Shown: one piece after another, positions 8,430 to 18,188 of the stretch | Layout: each line of letters starts with the position of its first letter | Position numbering within the stretch: the first letter of the stretch is position 1 | Assembly (NCBI RefSeq): GCF_002310835.1 | Contig: NZ_CP011041.1 | Coordinates: 1,980,001-2,012,000 of the forward strand | DNA: 32,000 nucleotides | Direction: 5' to 3' | Source of the DNA: Pseudoalteromonas tetraodonis | Lineage (GTDB): Bacteria; Pseudomonadota; Gammaproteobacteria; Enterobacterales; Alteromonadaceae | Program-made: the position numbers and the translations under genes | The notes under the pieces: generated by a model | Told to the model about the DNA's origin: nothing | Databases searched by the model: none | What the model saw: the letters and a program-made list of their open reading frames with translations, nothing else

Positions 8430-8609
8430 CTGAGAGTTGTTTAATTGAGGGGCGATGTAATCGCAGCAAGAGATAGTTAATCGAGTGGGCAAAGTAAAAA
8501 GCGATTAAAACTACTGCGCATGCTCATATCCCTTGCCTCTAAACAGGTAGGCAAGGCTGAGTCTCTTTAAGTGCGCATGTTTCACCCCAAAATATAAACA
8601 ATCTCTCAG
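8430..8609. repeat. Imperfect-palindromic intergenic repeat element, second terminus type, copy 3 of 4
   Basis: Its termini are ctgagagttgttta (8430-8443) and taaacaatctctcag (8595-8609). The divergent core 8470-8503 matches copy 1 at 26/34. The internal hairpin pairs ccttgcc (8531-8537) with ggcaagg (8550-8556), a module also seen at 797-817 in copy 1. Confidence 0.7.
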
Positions 8610-8684
8610 TTATTGCCAAACATGCAACTTTAGAGCAAAATATCGGGCTAGATTATTAATCATCACCATCAGGAAATTGTAGCA

Positions 8685-9242
8685 ATGACTTATGTAGTAT
8701 TTCTTGCTTTATTATTGTTAATTACTTTACTTGGCAGTTACTTACTCATTGAAAGTAATCGTAAAAAGACTATTGAAGCAAAGAAAAAGCTGTTTAACGA
8801 GCGCGTTGCAAGTACTCAATCACGTTTAAAAATAAAACTTAACGAGTTACTTGATGCAAAAGTCATTAGTGCTAAACACCTTCCTCGAATTCAAGCCGTT
8901 GTCAGTAATTTTTTTGTAGTACAGCCACACACTGATGAAAATTTAAACAAGCTAGAGTCGCTATGCGATTTACTTATTAATATACTTAACGAAGAACTAA
9001 TAAAAACCTATAAAAATAATAACAGCCAAGCTTTTTCCGATACCACTCAATATTTTATAGCAGAGTTACCAGCTCAAGGTATTTTATATAATAAAAACTT
9101 TTATCAAGAAGTCCTTCCTACGCTAATTTTAAAGTTAAAAACTGAAGACATAGCGCAACCAGTTGATAGTATTGACCTTAACGATGAAAACCTCCCTATT
9201 GATGAAGAAAAAAAAACATTAATTGAGTCCAGCCTTGCTTAA
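8685..9242 (+). CDS. Hypothetical N-terminally membrane-anchored protein (185 aa), no recognisable family
   Basis: The ORF lies in a gap between nadK and recN. It has an N-terminal TM helix (VVFLALLLLITLLGSYLLI), then a K/E/L/N-rich probably helical region and an acidic tail. It has only a weak SD (aggaaa, about 10 nt upstream). I recognised no motif. Confidence 0.5.
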   Translation: MTYVVFLALLLLITLLGSYLLIESNRKKTIEAKKKLFNERVASTQSRLKIKLNELLDAKVISAKHLPRIQAVVSNFFVVQPHTDENLNKLESLCDLLINILNEELIKTYKNNNSQAFSDTTQYFIAELPAQGILYNKNFYQEVLPTLILKLKTEDIAQPVDSIDLNDENLPIDEEKKTLIESSLA

Positions 9243-9274
9243 AATATAGAAATTTAATTTGCAAAAAACCAAAA

Positions 9275-9294
9275 CACTGTATAAATTAACAGTT
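9275..9294. promoter_or_regulatory. LexA (SOS) box upstream of recN
   Basis: caCTGTataaattaACAGtt matches the gammaproteobacterial consensus CTGT-N8-ACAG exactly, 24 nt upstream of the recN start. A weaker second box, CTGGatggatgaACAG, lies at 9301-9316. Confidence 0.8.
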
Positions 9295-9317
9295 AATTCA
9301 CTGGATGGATGAACAGT

Positions 9318-10991
9318 ATGTTAATTGGTTTAGAAATTAAAAATTTTGCAATCGTAAGTAATTTAAGCACAGAATGGCATTCGGGTATGACCGCTATCAC
9401 CGGTGAAACGGGAGCAGGTAAATCAATCGCCATTGATGCATTATCATTGTGTCTTGGAGAGCGAGCAGAAGCGTCTGCTGTGCGCCCAGGTACTGATAAA
9501 GCAGAGGTAAGTGCACAATTTGATTTAAGCAATTTACCACTCGCTCATGCTTTTTTAGAAGAGAACATGCTTAATAACGACGACAACGAATGTTTACTTC
9601 GTCGAGTTGTTTGTAAAAATGGTCGCAGTAAAAGCTACATTAATGGCAGCCCAGTTACCGCTGCACAACTAAAAGAGCTAGGCCAATATTTAATTTCTAT
9701 TCATGGTCAACATGCGCACCAGCACCTATTAAAGGCAGAGCATCAGCTACAATTACTCGATGCATATGCAGGCCATCATAATCTTGTTAATGCTGTAAGC
9801 CAGTGTTATAAACAATTTGCTGACTTACAAAAAGAATTTAAACAGCTAGAACAACAGCAACAGCAACAAGCCGCACAAAAGCAACTATTGGAGTATCAAG
9901 TCGCAGAGCTTGATGAATTTGCATTACAGGCAGATGAATTTGAGCAAATAGAAGCCGAACATTATAAACTCAGCAATAGCCAAACTATATTGCAAGTCTG
10001 CCAGCGCGAGTTGCAGCATTTATATGAAAATGATGAACAAAATGCGTGTTCCATTTTACAGCACAGCGCCCAACAATTTACTGAACTTGCACAGTATGAT
10101 GAAAGCTTAGCCAGTGTGGCAACATTATTATCAGAAGCCGCTGTTCAAGTTGAAGAAGCAAGCCGAGAAGTACGTAATTACACTGAACAAGCCGACTTGG
10201 ATCCTCAGCGATTAACTGAAGTAGAAAACAGACTCAGTGGTGCAATGGACTTAGCCAGAAAACACCATATAAAACCCCAAGAGCTTGTTGGATTTCATCA
10301 AACTATTGCACAAGAGCTTGAGTCGATAAGTAATAACAGCTCACGTCTTGAGCAACTTGAAGGTGAAATTGAACATGCCCTTGAGGATTATCAAAACGCC
10401 AGTGAACAATTAAGTGCAAGTCGCCACCAGTATGCGAATACATTAAATGGATTGATCAGCGAAAGCATGGCTAATCTATCTATGGAAAATGGCGTATTTG
10501 AAATAGCATTGACTGCACAAAACGATCGCGCTCCAAATAGCTTAGGCTTTGATAATGTTTCGTTTTTAGTATCAACAAACCCAGGGCAACCATTGCAACC
10601 TTTAGCAAAAGTAGCCTCTGGTGGTGAGCTATCACGCATTAGTTTAGCTATTCAGGTTATTATTGCGCAAAAAGTCACGACCCCTACGCTTATTTTTGAT
10701 GAAGTGGATGTTGGTATTTCTGGCCCAACAGCTGCTGCTGTTGGTAAACTACTGCGCCAACTAGGTAAGTCTACGCAAGTAATTTGTGTGACCCATTTAC
10801 CGCAAGTGGCCAGTAGCGCTCATCAGCAGTTTTTTGTTGCCAAAGAAATTGCAGACGGTGAAACATTTACGCATATGCTGGCGTTGAATAAAGATGGTCG
10901 AGTAAATGAGATTGCTCGATTACTGGGTGGTGATAACATTAGCAAAACAGCTAAAGCAAATGCAAAAGAGCTTATAAAAGCGCACGGATAA
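9318..10991 (+). CDS. recN: DNA repair protein RecN
   Basis: MLIGLEIKNFAIV...ITGETGAGKSIAIDAL (Walker A), a long coiled-coil middle and the C-terminal ASGGELSRISLAIQV...LIFDEVDVGISG identify RecN (an SMC-like ATPase). Alignment to E. coli RecN (MLAQLTISNFAIV) favours ATG 9318 over the ORF-track start at 9309. Confidence 0.95.
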   Translation: MLIGLEIKNFAIVSNLSTEWHSGMTAITGETGAGKSIAIDALSLCLGERAEASAVRPGTDKAEVSAQFDLSNLPLAHAFLEENMLNNDDNECLLRRVVCKNGRSKSYINGSPVTAAQLKELGQYLISIHGQHAHQHLLKAEHQLQLLDAYAGHHNLVNAVSQCYKQFADLQKEFKQLEQQQQQQAAQKQLLEYQVAELDEFALQADEFEQIEAEHYKLSNSQTILQVCQRELQHLYENDEQNACSILQHSAQQFTELAQYDESLASVATLLSEAAVQVEEASREVRNYTEQADLDPQRLTEVENRLSGAMDLARKHHIKPQELVGFHQTIAQELESISNNSSRLEQLEGEIEHALEDYQNASEQLSASRHQYANTLNGLISESMANLSMENGVFEIALTAQNDRAPNSLGFDNVSFLVSTNPGQPLQPLAKVASGGELSRISLAIQVIIAQKVTTPTLIFDEVDVGISGPTAAAVGKLLRQLGKSTQVICVTHLPQVASSAHQQFFVAKEIADGETFTHMLALNKDGRVNEIARLLGGDNISKTAKANAKELIKAHG

Positions 10992-11039
10992 AGTGAATCG
11001 CTTTATAGTGCGTTACCTTGATACGGTGAGGATACATTA

Positions 11040-11357
11040 ATGCAAACGACGGTCATTTATTTTGGCTTAGCAATTAACTGGCTGCTACTGATTGTCAGTA
11101 TACTTTTGGCTGTTTTTAGTAAGTTTAAACATACACAATTTAAGCAGAGCTTATATCGCTTTTTAAATGTAGCATTAATTGTACATATTGTTATTGCTGT
11201 TATGTTAGTTTTTAGCAGCACAGCTATTAGTGGCTTAATAACACTAAGTTGGTTAGTTATTGGCCTACAGCTTGTTTGTAACGTTATTTGCTATAAAAGT
11301 GTGAAACGCCGACAAGCCAGAGTGAAACCGAGCCTAGATCACTTCTCGATGGATTAA
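11040..11357 (+). CDS. Small hypothetical integral membrane protein (105 aa, about 3 TM)
   Basis: It has a good SD (gagga at 11026-11030, 9 nt before the ATG) and three hydrophobic segments. It is followed by a clean terminator. I recognised no family. Confidence 0.55.
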   Translation: MQTTVIYFGLAINWLLLIVSILLAVFSKFKHTQFKQSLYRFLNVALIVHIVIAVMLVFSSTAISGLITLSWLVIGLQLVCNVICYKSVKRRQARVKPSLDHFSMD

Positions 11358-11377
11358 CTAACAGCGCGTTTAAAAAA

Positions 11378-11407
11378 GCCCACAATCTATGTATTGCGGG
11401 CTTTTTT
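11378..11407 (+). terminator. Intrinsic terminator after the 105-aa membrane-protein gene
   Basis: The stem pairs gcccacaat with attgcgggc (one mismatch) and is followed by tttttt (11402-11407). Confidence 0.7.
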
Positions 11408-11524
11408 ATTTGTAAAATCTTATAATTGTAAATAGCTAGGTCAAAACCTACGTCCCTTTTTGTAGACCTTAAACACCGACTATGGAACCATAAATATTTA
11501 CCTTTGTTTGTAAAACTGAGGAAA

Positions 11525-11550
11525 TAAAAAAAGCAAACCCGAAGGTTTGC
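11525..11550 (-). terminator. Intrinsic terminator of gltBD
   Basis: A perfect stem pairs gcaaacc with ggtttgc (11533-11550) around the loop cgaa. The minus strand then carries an 8-nt U-run (11525-11532). It lies 30 nt past the gltD stop. Confidence 0.85.
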
Positions 11551-11579
11551 TTTTGACTCCATTCTAACAAAAGCATTAT

Positions 11580-13004
<1,425 letters not shown>

Positions 13005-16000
13005 TTATTGCGCCTGAACACGTAGTTCGGCGCTACTGCGAGCGCGGTGCCCGAGTAAACTTTTTACGTCACTTGATTTAGGTTTTACTAATTTGAACAT
13101 CGGTAAATAAAGTTCAAAGTTAGCTAAAATAGTTTCTGCTCTGCATGAGCCTGTTAGCTCTAAATGATCAGCAATTAAGCCGCGTAAATGCTCTTGATGT
13201 GAACTTAAGTCATCTAAAGTAACCACTTCAACCAACTCTGGGTTAATGCGTTTCTCAAAATCACCTCGTTCATCTAAAATGTAAGCGAAACCACCGGTCA
13301 TACCTGCACCAAAGTTCACTCCTACATTACCAAGTACACACACAACGCCACCGGTCATGTATTCACAACCGTTATCACCTACGCCCTCAACAACAGCTTG
13401 CACGCCTGAGTTACGTACAGCAAAACGCTCGCCTGCACATCCTGCTGCAAACAATTTACCGCCGGTTGCACCATATAAACAGGTATTGCCAATAATTGTT
13501 GCTTTATGACTTTCAAATGACGAACCCAATGGTGGGCGAATAACTAGCTTACCGCCAGCCATGCCTTTACCAACGTAATCGTTAGCATCGCCAACCAAAG
13601 TCATTTCAAGGCCACCGGCATTCCATACACCGAATGACTGACCAGCTGTACCATGTAATTCAATAACTACCGGATCTGCGGCCATGCCTTGATTACCGTG
13701 TTTATCAGCAATATACCCAGAAAGCATGGCACCTACTGATCTGTCGGTATTACAAATACGACTTACTAATGAAATGCCGCTTGAGTTATCTATTGCCTCT
13801 TGTGCCTTGCCTAGTAAGCTCTCATTTAACTCACCTAAATAATGCGAGCTATTTGGTGCACTGCAAAACAGTGTTTCACCTGTTGGGTTATTTGGCTGAG
13901 CGATAACCGCTGATAAATCTATTTTTTGCTGCTTCGCTGTTTTGCCTTCAATGGCTTCGAGTAAGTCTAAGCGACCAATTAAATCGGTTAGGTTTGCAAC
14001 CCCTAAACTTGCCATAATTTCACGCGCTTCTTGAGCAATAAACTTAAAGTAGTTCATCGCCATTTCTGGCAGACCATGATAATGCTTTTGACGTAATGTT
14101 TCGTCTTGTGTTGCCACACCTGTCGCACAGTTATTTAAGTGACAGATTCGTAAGTATTTACAGCCTAATGCAACCATAGGCCCTGTGCCAAAGCCAAAAC
14201 TTTCGGCGCCTAAAATGGCCGCTTTGATGATATCAAGGCCGGTTTTTAAACCGCCATCTGTTTGCAGGCGAATACGATGGCGAAGGCCATTTTCTACCAA
14301 TGCTTGTTGTGTTTCAGCAAGTCCCAACTCCCATGGGCTGCCAGCGTATTTAACTGAGGTTAATGGACTTGCACCTGTGCCACCATCATAGCCTGAAATA
14401 GTAATTAAGTCGGCATACGCTTTTGCTACACCGGTTGCAATTGTGCCAACACCCGGTTCAGATACCAGTTTTACTGAAATCAATGCATTCGGGTTTACTT
14501 GTTTTAAGTCAAAAATCAGCTGGGCTAAATCTTCGATAGAATAAATATCGTGATGCGGCGGAGGTGAAATAAGAGTCACACCCGGTACCGAGTAACGAAG
14601 CTTGGCAATATAGGGAGTGACTTTTTCACCCGGTAATTGTCCGCCTTCCCCAGGTTTAGCGCCTTGTGCCACTTTTATTTGAATAACATCAGCGCTACGT
14701 AAGTAATGTGGGGTGACACCAAATCGACCCGAAGCTACTTGTTTAATACGTGAATTTTTTTCTGTACCGTAACGCAGCTTATCTTCGCCACCTTCACCAG
14801 AATTTGAGCAGCCACCTAAACGATTCATGGCAATTGCGAGTGCTTCATGCGCTTCTGGCGATAATGCACCAATACTCATGGCGGCTGAGTCAAACCGTTT
14901 ATAAAGCTCAGTGGCAGGCTCTACCTCATCAATGCTTATACCCTTTTCTGGCAGTTTTAAAGCCAACATATCACGCAGAGTCGCGACTGGACGGTGATTA
15001 ACTAGCTTTGCGTATTCGCTGTAATCACTGTACTCGCCGCTACGTACTGCTTTTTGTAACGTTTGAATCACATCAGGGTTGTAAGCATGGTACTCGCCGC
15101 CGTGTACGTACTTAAATAAACCACCATGGCTTAACAATTTACGTTTACTAAGCGCCAGTTTATGCAAGCTTTGCTGATCGTCATCAAAGTCGCTAAAACA
15201 CGCCCCTTTAATACGACTCGCCACGCCTTTAAAACACATCTCAACAATAGCGTCCGATAGACCAACTGCTTCAAACAGCATTGAACAACGATATGAAGCC
15301 ACGGTACTAATGCCCATTTTAGACATGATTTTGTACAAGCCTTTATTAATTGCTTGACGATAAGCCAGTGTAACTTCACAGTATGACTTATTAATTACCT
15401 TGGTATCGCTCATAGCCACAAGTGACTCGTACGCTAAATACGGGTAAATTGCGGTTGCACCAAATCCAAGTAGTACCGCAAATTGATGCGCATCGCGAAC
15501 GCTGCCAGTTTCAATAATAATATTTGACTCACAGCGTAAGTTATTATCTACCAAGCGTTTTTGTACCGCACCCACCGCCATAGCAGCAGGGATAGGTAAT
15601 TGATTGTCATCAAAGTTACGATCCGTTAATACCAGCATAATGCAGCCAGATGCGGCTTTTGCTTGTGCTTCATCACAGATGCGCTTAACCGCATTCTCAA
15701 GGCCTTCTTCTACGGTGTAAGTAATATCAATCTTACAATAGCTGTAGTGCGCTTCATCGGCGTTAAGTAGCTGCTGCATATCAGCGTACATTAAAATAGG
15801 CGTATCAAATTGCAGGCGTTTAGCGTGACCTGTTGTTTCATTAAATACGTTTTGCTCACTGCCAATACACGTTGCAAGCGACATTACATGGTTTTCACGT
15901 AACGGATCAATTGGCGGATTAGTAACCTGAGCAAACTTTTGACGGAAATAATCATAAAGTGAACGGTGCCCTTCACTCAGTACGGCAAACGGCGTATCGT

Positions 16001-17462
16001 CACCCATTGAGCCAGTGGCTTCTTGCCCATTTTCACCCATGACACGAATGACGCTGTCTAGCTCTTCGTTAGTATAGCCAAACATCTTTTGGTATTTGAC
16101 AAGGGTTTCATCATCAAATGAGCGATTGCCCGCATCTTGCTCGGTAAGTGCTTCAAAAGGCGTTAATCGTTTAACGTTTTCTTCTAACCACGACTTATAA
16201 GGGTGGCGTGATTTTAAATCTTGGTCAATTTCATCTGAATGCCAAATTTTACCCAATTTAGTATCAATAACGAGGAGTTCGCCCGGGCCAACACGTCCTT
16301 TTTCGACCACTTCGTCAGCGGTGTAATCCCATATACCCACTTCAGAGGCTAAAGTAATAAAGCCATCTTGAGTAATAATATAACGCGCTGGACGTAAACC
16401 ATTTCGGTCTAGGTTACAGGCTGCAAAACGCCCATCCGACATAACGATGCCTGCAGGGCCGTCCCACGGTTCCATATGCATAGAATTAAAATCATAGAAT
16501 GCACGTAAGTCGTCATCCATAGCACGGTTTTTTTGCCATGCTGGCGGCACTAGCATGCGCATCGCACGGAATAAATCCATACCACCAGCTAAAAACAGCT
16601 CTAGCATATTATCGAGGCTAGATGAGTCAGACCCTGTTTCATTAACAAACGGCGCTGCGCTTTGTAAATCAGGAATAAGCGGCGAAGCAAATTTATAAGA
16701 GCGTGCACGGGCCCACTGGCGGTTACCTTCAATAGTATTAATTTCACCATTGTGCGCTAAATAACGAAATGGTTGCGCTAAAGGCCAGCGAGGCTGTGTG
16801 TTTGTAGAGAAGCGTTGATGAAAAACACAAATAGCACTGGTCATGCGAATATCAGCAAGATCGAGATAAAAATTTGGCAAGTCAGCAGGCATCATTAAGC
16901 CTTTATAGATGGTGACTAGCCCAGATAAGCTCGCAATATAAAATGATTCATCATCCATCAAGCGCTTTTCTGCACGACGACGTGCAACATATAAACGTCG
17001 CTCTAAATCTTTAGAACGCCAACCTTCAGGCGCACTAATAAAAATTTGTTCAAACCCAGGCAATTGCTTTAGGGCTATAGGTCCTAGCATTGATGGATCG
17101 GTAGGGACAACACGCCAACCTAAAATATTAAGCGTTTCTTTTTCTAGTTCTTCGCTTAAAACATCTTTAGCTGCTTGTGCTAATACCGGATCAGCATTGA
17201 GGAAAATCATCCCAACGGCGTAATTTTTACCTAAATGCCAATTATTTTCAGCAGCAATAGCACGAAAGAAGCTGTCTGGTTTTTGAAGTAACAAGCCACA
17301 ACCATCACCCGTTTTACCATCAGCAGATATACCGCCGCGGTGCTGCATGCGATCTAAACCGGTGATCGCCGTACGGATGAGTCGGTGACTCGCTTGGTTA
17401 TTTACTTGGGCTATTAAGCCAAAGCCACAATTATCTTTTTCTAGTTTTGAGTCATATAACAT
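13005..17462 (-). CDS. gltB: Glutamate synthase (NADPH) large subunit
   Basis: It is collinear with E. coli GltB throughout. Shared elements include the MLYD..L..DNCGFG amidotransferase Cys, the FMN and 3Fe-4S regions and the C-terminal GXGXG domain ending AELRVQAQ. A strong SD (aaGGGGAGGGG, complement of 17466-17476) precedes the ATG at 17462, so the ORF-track GTG at 17483 is probably not used. Confidence 0.97.
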   Translation of the reverse strand: MLYDSKLEKDNCGFGLIAQVNNQASHRLIRTAITGLDRMQHRGGISADGKTGDGCGLLLQKPDSFFRAIAAENNWHLGKNYAVGMIFLNADPVLAQAAKDVLSEELEKETLNILGWRVVPTDPSMLGPIALKQLPGFEQIFISAPEGWRSKDLERRLYVARRRAEKRLMDDESFYIASLSGLVTIYKGLMMPADLPNFYLDLADIRMTSAICVFHQRFSTNTQPRWPLAQPFRYLAHNGEINTIEGNRQWARARSYKFASPLIPDLQSAAPFVNETGSDSSSLDNMLELFLAGGMDLFRAMRMLVPPAWQKNRAMDDDLRAFYDFNSMHMEPWDGPAGIVMSDGRFAACNLDRNGLRPARYIITQDGFITLASEVGIWDYTADEVVEKGRVGPGELLVIDTKLGKIWHSDEIDQDLKSRHPYKSWLEENVKRLTPFEALTEQDAGNRSFDDETLVKYQKMFGYTNEELDSVIRVMGENGQEATGSMGDDTPFAVLSEGHRSLYDYFRQKFAQVTNPPIDPLRENHVMSLATCIGSEQNVFNETTGHAKRLQFDTPILMYADMQQLLNADEAHYSYCKIDITYTVEEGLENAVKRICDEAQAKAASGCIMLVLTDRNFDDNQLPIPAAMAVGAVQKRLVDNNLRCESNIIIETGSVRDAHQFAVLLGFGATAIYPYLAYESLVAMSDTKVINKSYCEVTLAYRQAINKGLYKIMSKMGISTVASYRCSMLFEAVGLSDAIVEMCFKGVASRIKGACFSDFDDDQQSLHKLALSKRKLLSHGGLFKYVHGGEYHAYNPDVIQTLQKAVRSGEYSDYSEYAKLVNHRPVATLRDMLALKLPEKGISIDEVEPATELYKRFDSAAMSIGALSPEAHEALAIAMNRLGGCSNSGEGGEDKLRYGTEKNSRIKQVASGRFGVTPHYLRSADVIQIKVAQGAKPGEGGQLPGEKVTPYIAKLRYSVPGVTLISPPPHHDIYSIEDLAQLIFDLKQVNPNALISVKLVSEPGVGTIATGVAKAYADLITISGYDGGTGASPLTSVKYAGSPWELGLAETQQALVENGLRHRIRLQTDGGLKTGLDIIKAAILGAESFGFGTGPMVALGCKYLRICHLNNCATGVATQDETLRQKHYHGLPEMAMNYFKFIAQEAREIMASLGVANLTDLIGRLDLLEAIEGKTAKQQKIDLSAVIAQPNNPTGETLFCSAPNSSHYLGELNESLLGKAQEAIDNSSGISLVSRICNTDRSVGAMLSGYIADKHGNQGMAADPVVIELHGTAGQSFGVWNAGGLEMTLVGDANDYVGKGMAGGKLVIRPPLGSSFESHKATIIGNTCLYGATGGKLFAAGCAGERFAVRNSGVQAVVEGVGDNGCEYMTGGVVCVLGNVGVNFGAGMTGGFAYILDERGDFEKRINPELVEVVTLDDLSSHQEHLRGLIADHLELTGSCRAETILANFELYLPMFKLVKPKSSDVKSLLGHRARSSAELRVQAQ

Positions 17463-17563
17463 GGACCCCTCCCCTTGCTGCACTGTTAACGTGGATGAAC
17501 GGCTCGACGATTTGCTAACAGACGATCAAAATTAGCGTTATTCCTAACCTGAGTCAATATCTT

Positions 17564-17581
17564 TCTGAATACATATTCATT
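17564..17581. promoter_or_regulatory. ARG-box-like palindrome (candidate ArgR operator) upstream of gltB
   Basis: tcTGAATacatATTCAtt fits the ARG box core TGAAT-W4-ATTCA. A degenerate second copy (TGAATatatTTCA, 17586-17599) lies 20 bp away. The site is about 100-140 bp upstream of the gltB ATG. Confidence 0.35.
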
Positions 17582-17949
17582 ATATTGAATATATTTCAAC
17601 TTCATTAAAAATTATAAAATAATGCTAAATATTAACATTTGAGTAGATATTGGATCGAAAACTTTAATGACACCGGTGTTATTTTTAAGAACTTGTAAAT
17701 AAAACCTCCTCACAACAGGCAGTTTACGTAAACGTAAAGGAGGCTTAAAATGAATAACTATTCACTAGATATCATTCCATCATTTTTGCTTTATTCGTAA
17801 TACATCTAAACATGACATTTAATTACATCGACTTCTATTAGCACATAGTTTATTCAATGAATTTGCACGTTAGTCTTATGCTATGCATTAATTAACAACT
17901 TTCTTTGCTTTACGTTGAGGTAATCTCACCCCACAGCCAAATCAAAAAA

Positions 17950-17984
17950 GTGCCCGCAGCGGACACTTTTTATGTCCGCGGACA
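17950..17984. promoter_or_regulatory. Tandem GC-rich palindromes; candidate enhancer (UAS) for the sigma-54 activator encoded at 22814-24142
   Basis: The first palindrome is GTGcCCGCaGCGGaCAC (17950-17966, 17 bp, one mismatched pair). The second is the perfect 12-bp TGTCCGCGGACA (17973-17984). Both contain GCGGACAC, and their centres are about 20.5 bp apart. They are the only GC-rich islands in a very AT-rich spacer and lie about 55-105 bp upstream of the TGGCACG element. Confidence 0.45.
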
Positions 17985-18037
17985 CATAAAAAGAAAGTTT
18001 AAAAATAAAAAGTAATTAAATTCAAAAAGATAAAAAA

Positions 18038-18053
18038 TGGCACGCTATTCGAA
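18038..18053 (+). promoter_or_regulatory. Candidate sigma-54 (RpoN) promoter of the ABC-efflux operon
   Basis: TGGCACGctatTCGAa compares with the consensus TGGCACG-N4-TTGCW. The -24 element is perfect. The -12 element matches 3/5 and has GA instead of the conserved GC. The -12 element lies about 36 nt upstream of the micro-ORF ATG. Confidence 0.4.
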
Positions 18054-18088
18054 TATCCCATAACTATATAAATTTTGAGGGCATTTGA

Positions 18089-18172
18089 ATGTTTACTATT
18101 GGCTTATTTTTAATTTCACCAATTATTCTGTTTATTGCCTCGCTAATGATTACTGTGTTTGAAAAACACTAA
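18089..18172 (+). CDS. 27-codon hydrophobic micro-ORF (single predicted TM): MFTIGLFLISPIILFIASLMITVFEKH
   Basis: It is below the ORF-track size cut-off. GAGGG (18077-18081) lies 7 nt before the ATG. It ends 16 nt before the adaptor gene ATG and is the first reading frame downstream of the predicted sigma-54 promoter. Confidence 0.35.
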   Translation: MFTIGLFLISPIILFIASLMITVFEKH

Positions 18173-18188
18173 GCAAAGAGAACAAATA

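Noticed and set aside
11284-11562. A 92-aa minus-strand ORF in the recN-downstream / gltD spacer.
   Set aside because: It runs through two intrinsic terminators and overlaps the 3' end of the 105-aa membrane-protein gene. It has no SD and its sequence is low-complexity.
17463-17483. The GTG start of gltB, which adds MQQGEGS.
   Set aside because: These codons are themselves the strong Shine-Dalgarno (AAGGGGAGGGG) for the ATG at 17462. MLYD...DNCGFG aligns with the E. coli GltB propeptide region.
17944-17990. Reading the GC-rich palindromes flanked by A- and T-runs as intrinsic terminators or the 3' end of an sRNA.
   Set aside because: The loops would be 0-1 nt, leaving usable stems of only 4-6 bp with a mismatch. 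No upstream gene ends here, because gltB is divergent. DNA-level dyad symmetry with a shared GCGGACAC half-site fits protein binding better.
18038-18053. Treating the sigma-54 promoter as certain.
   Set aside because: I did not reject it outright, but I downgraded it. The -12 element reads TCGA rather than TTGC and lacks the conserved GC, so it is reported at only 0.4 confidence pending TSS mapping.
18159-18188. The TTG start of the HlyD-type adaptor gene (MKNTKQREQI...).
   Set aside because: It overlaps the 3' end of the better-supported micro-ORF and uses a rare start codon. ATG 18189 is the conservative choice, although this remains unverified.
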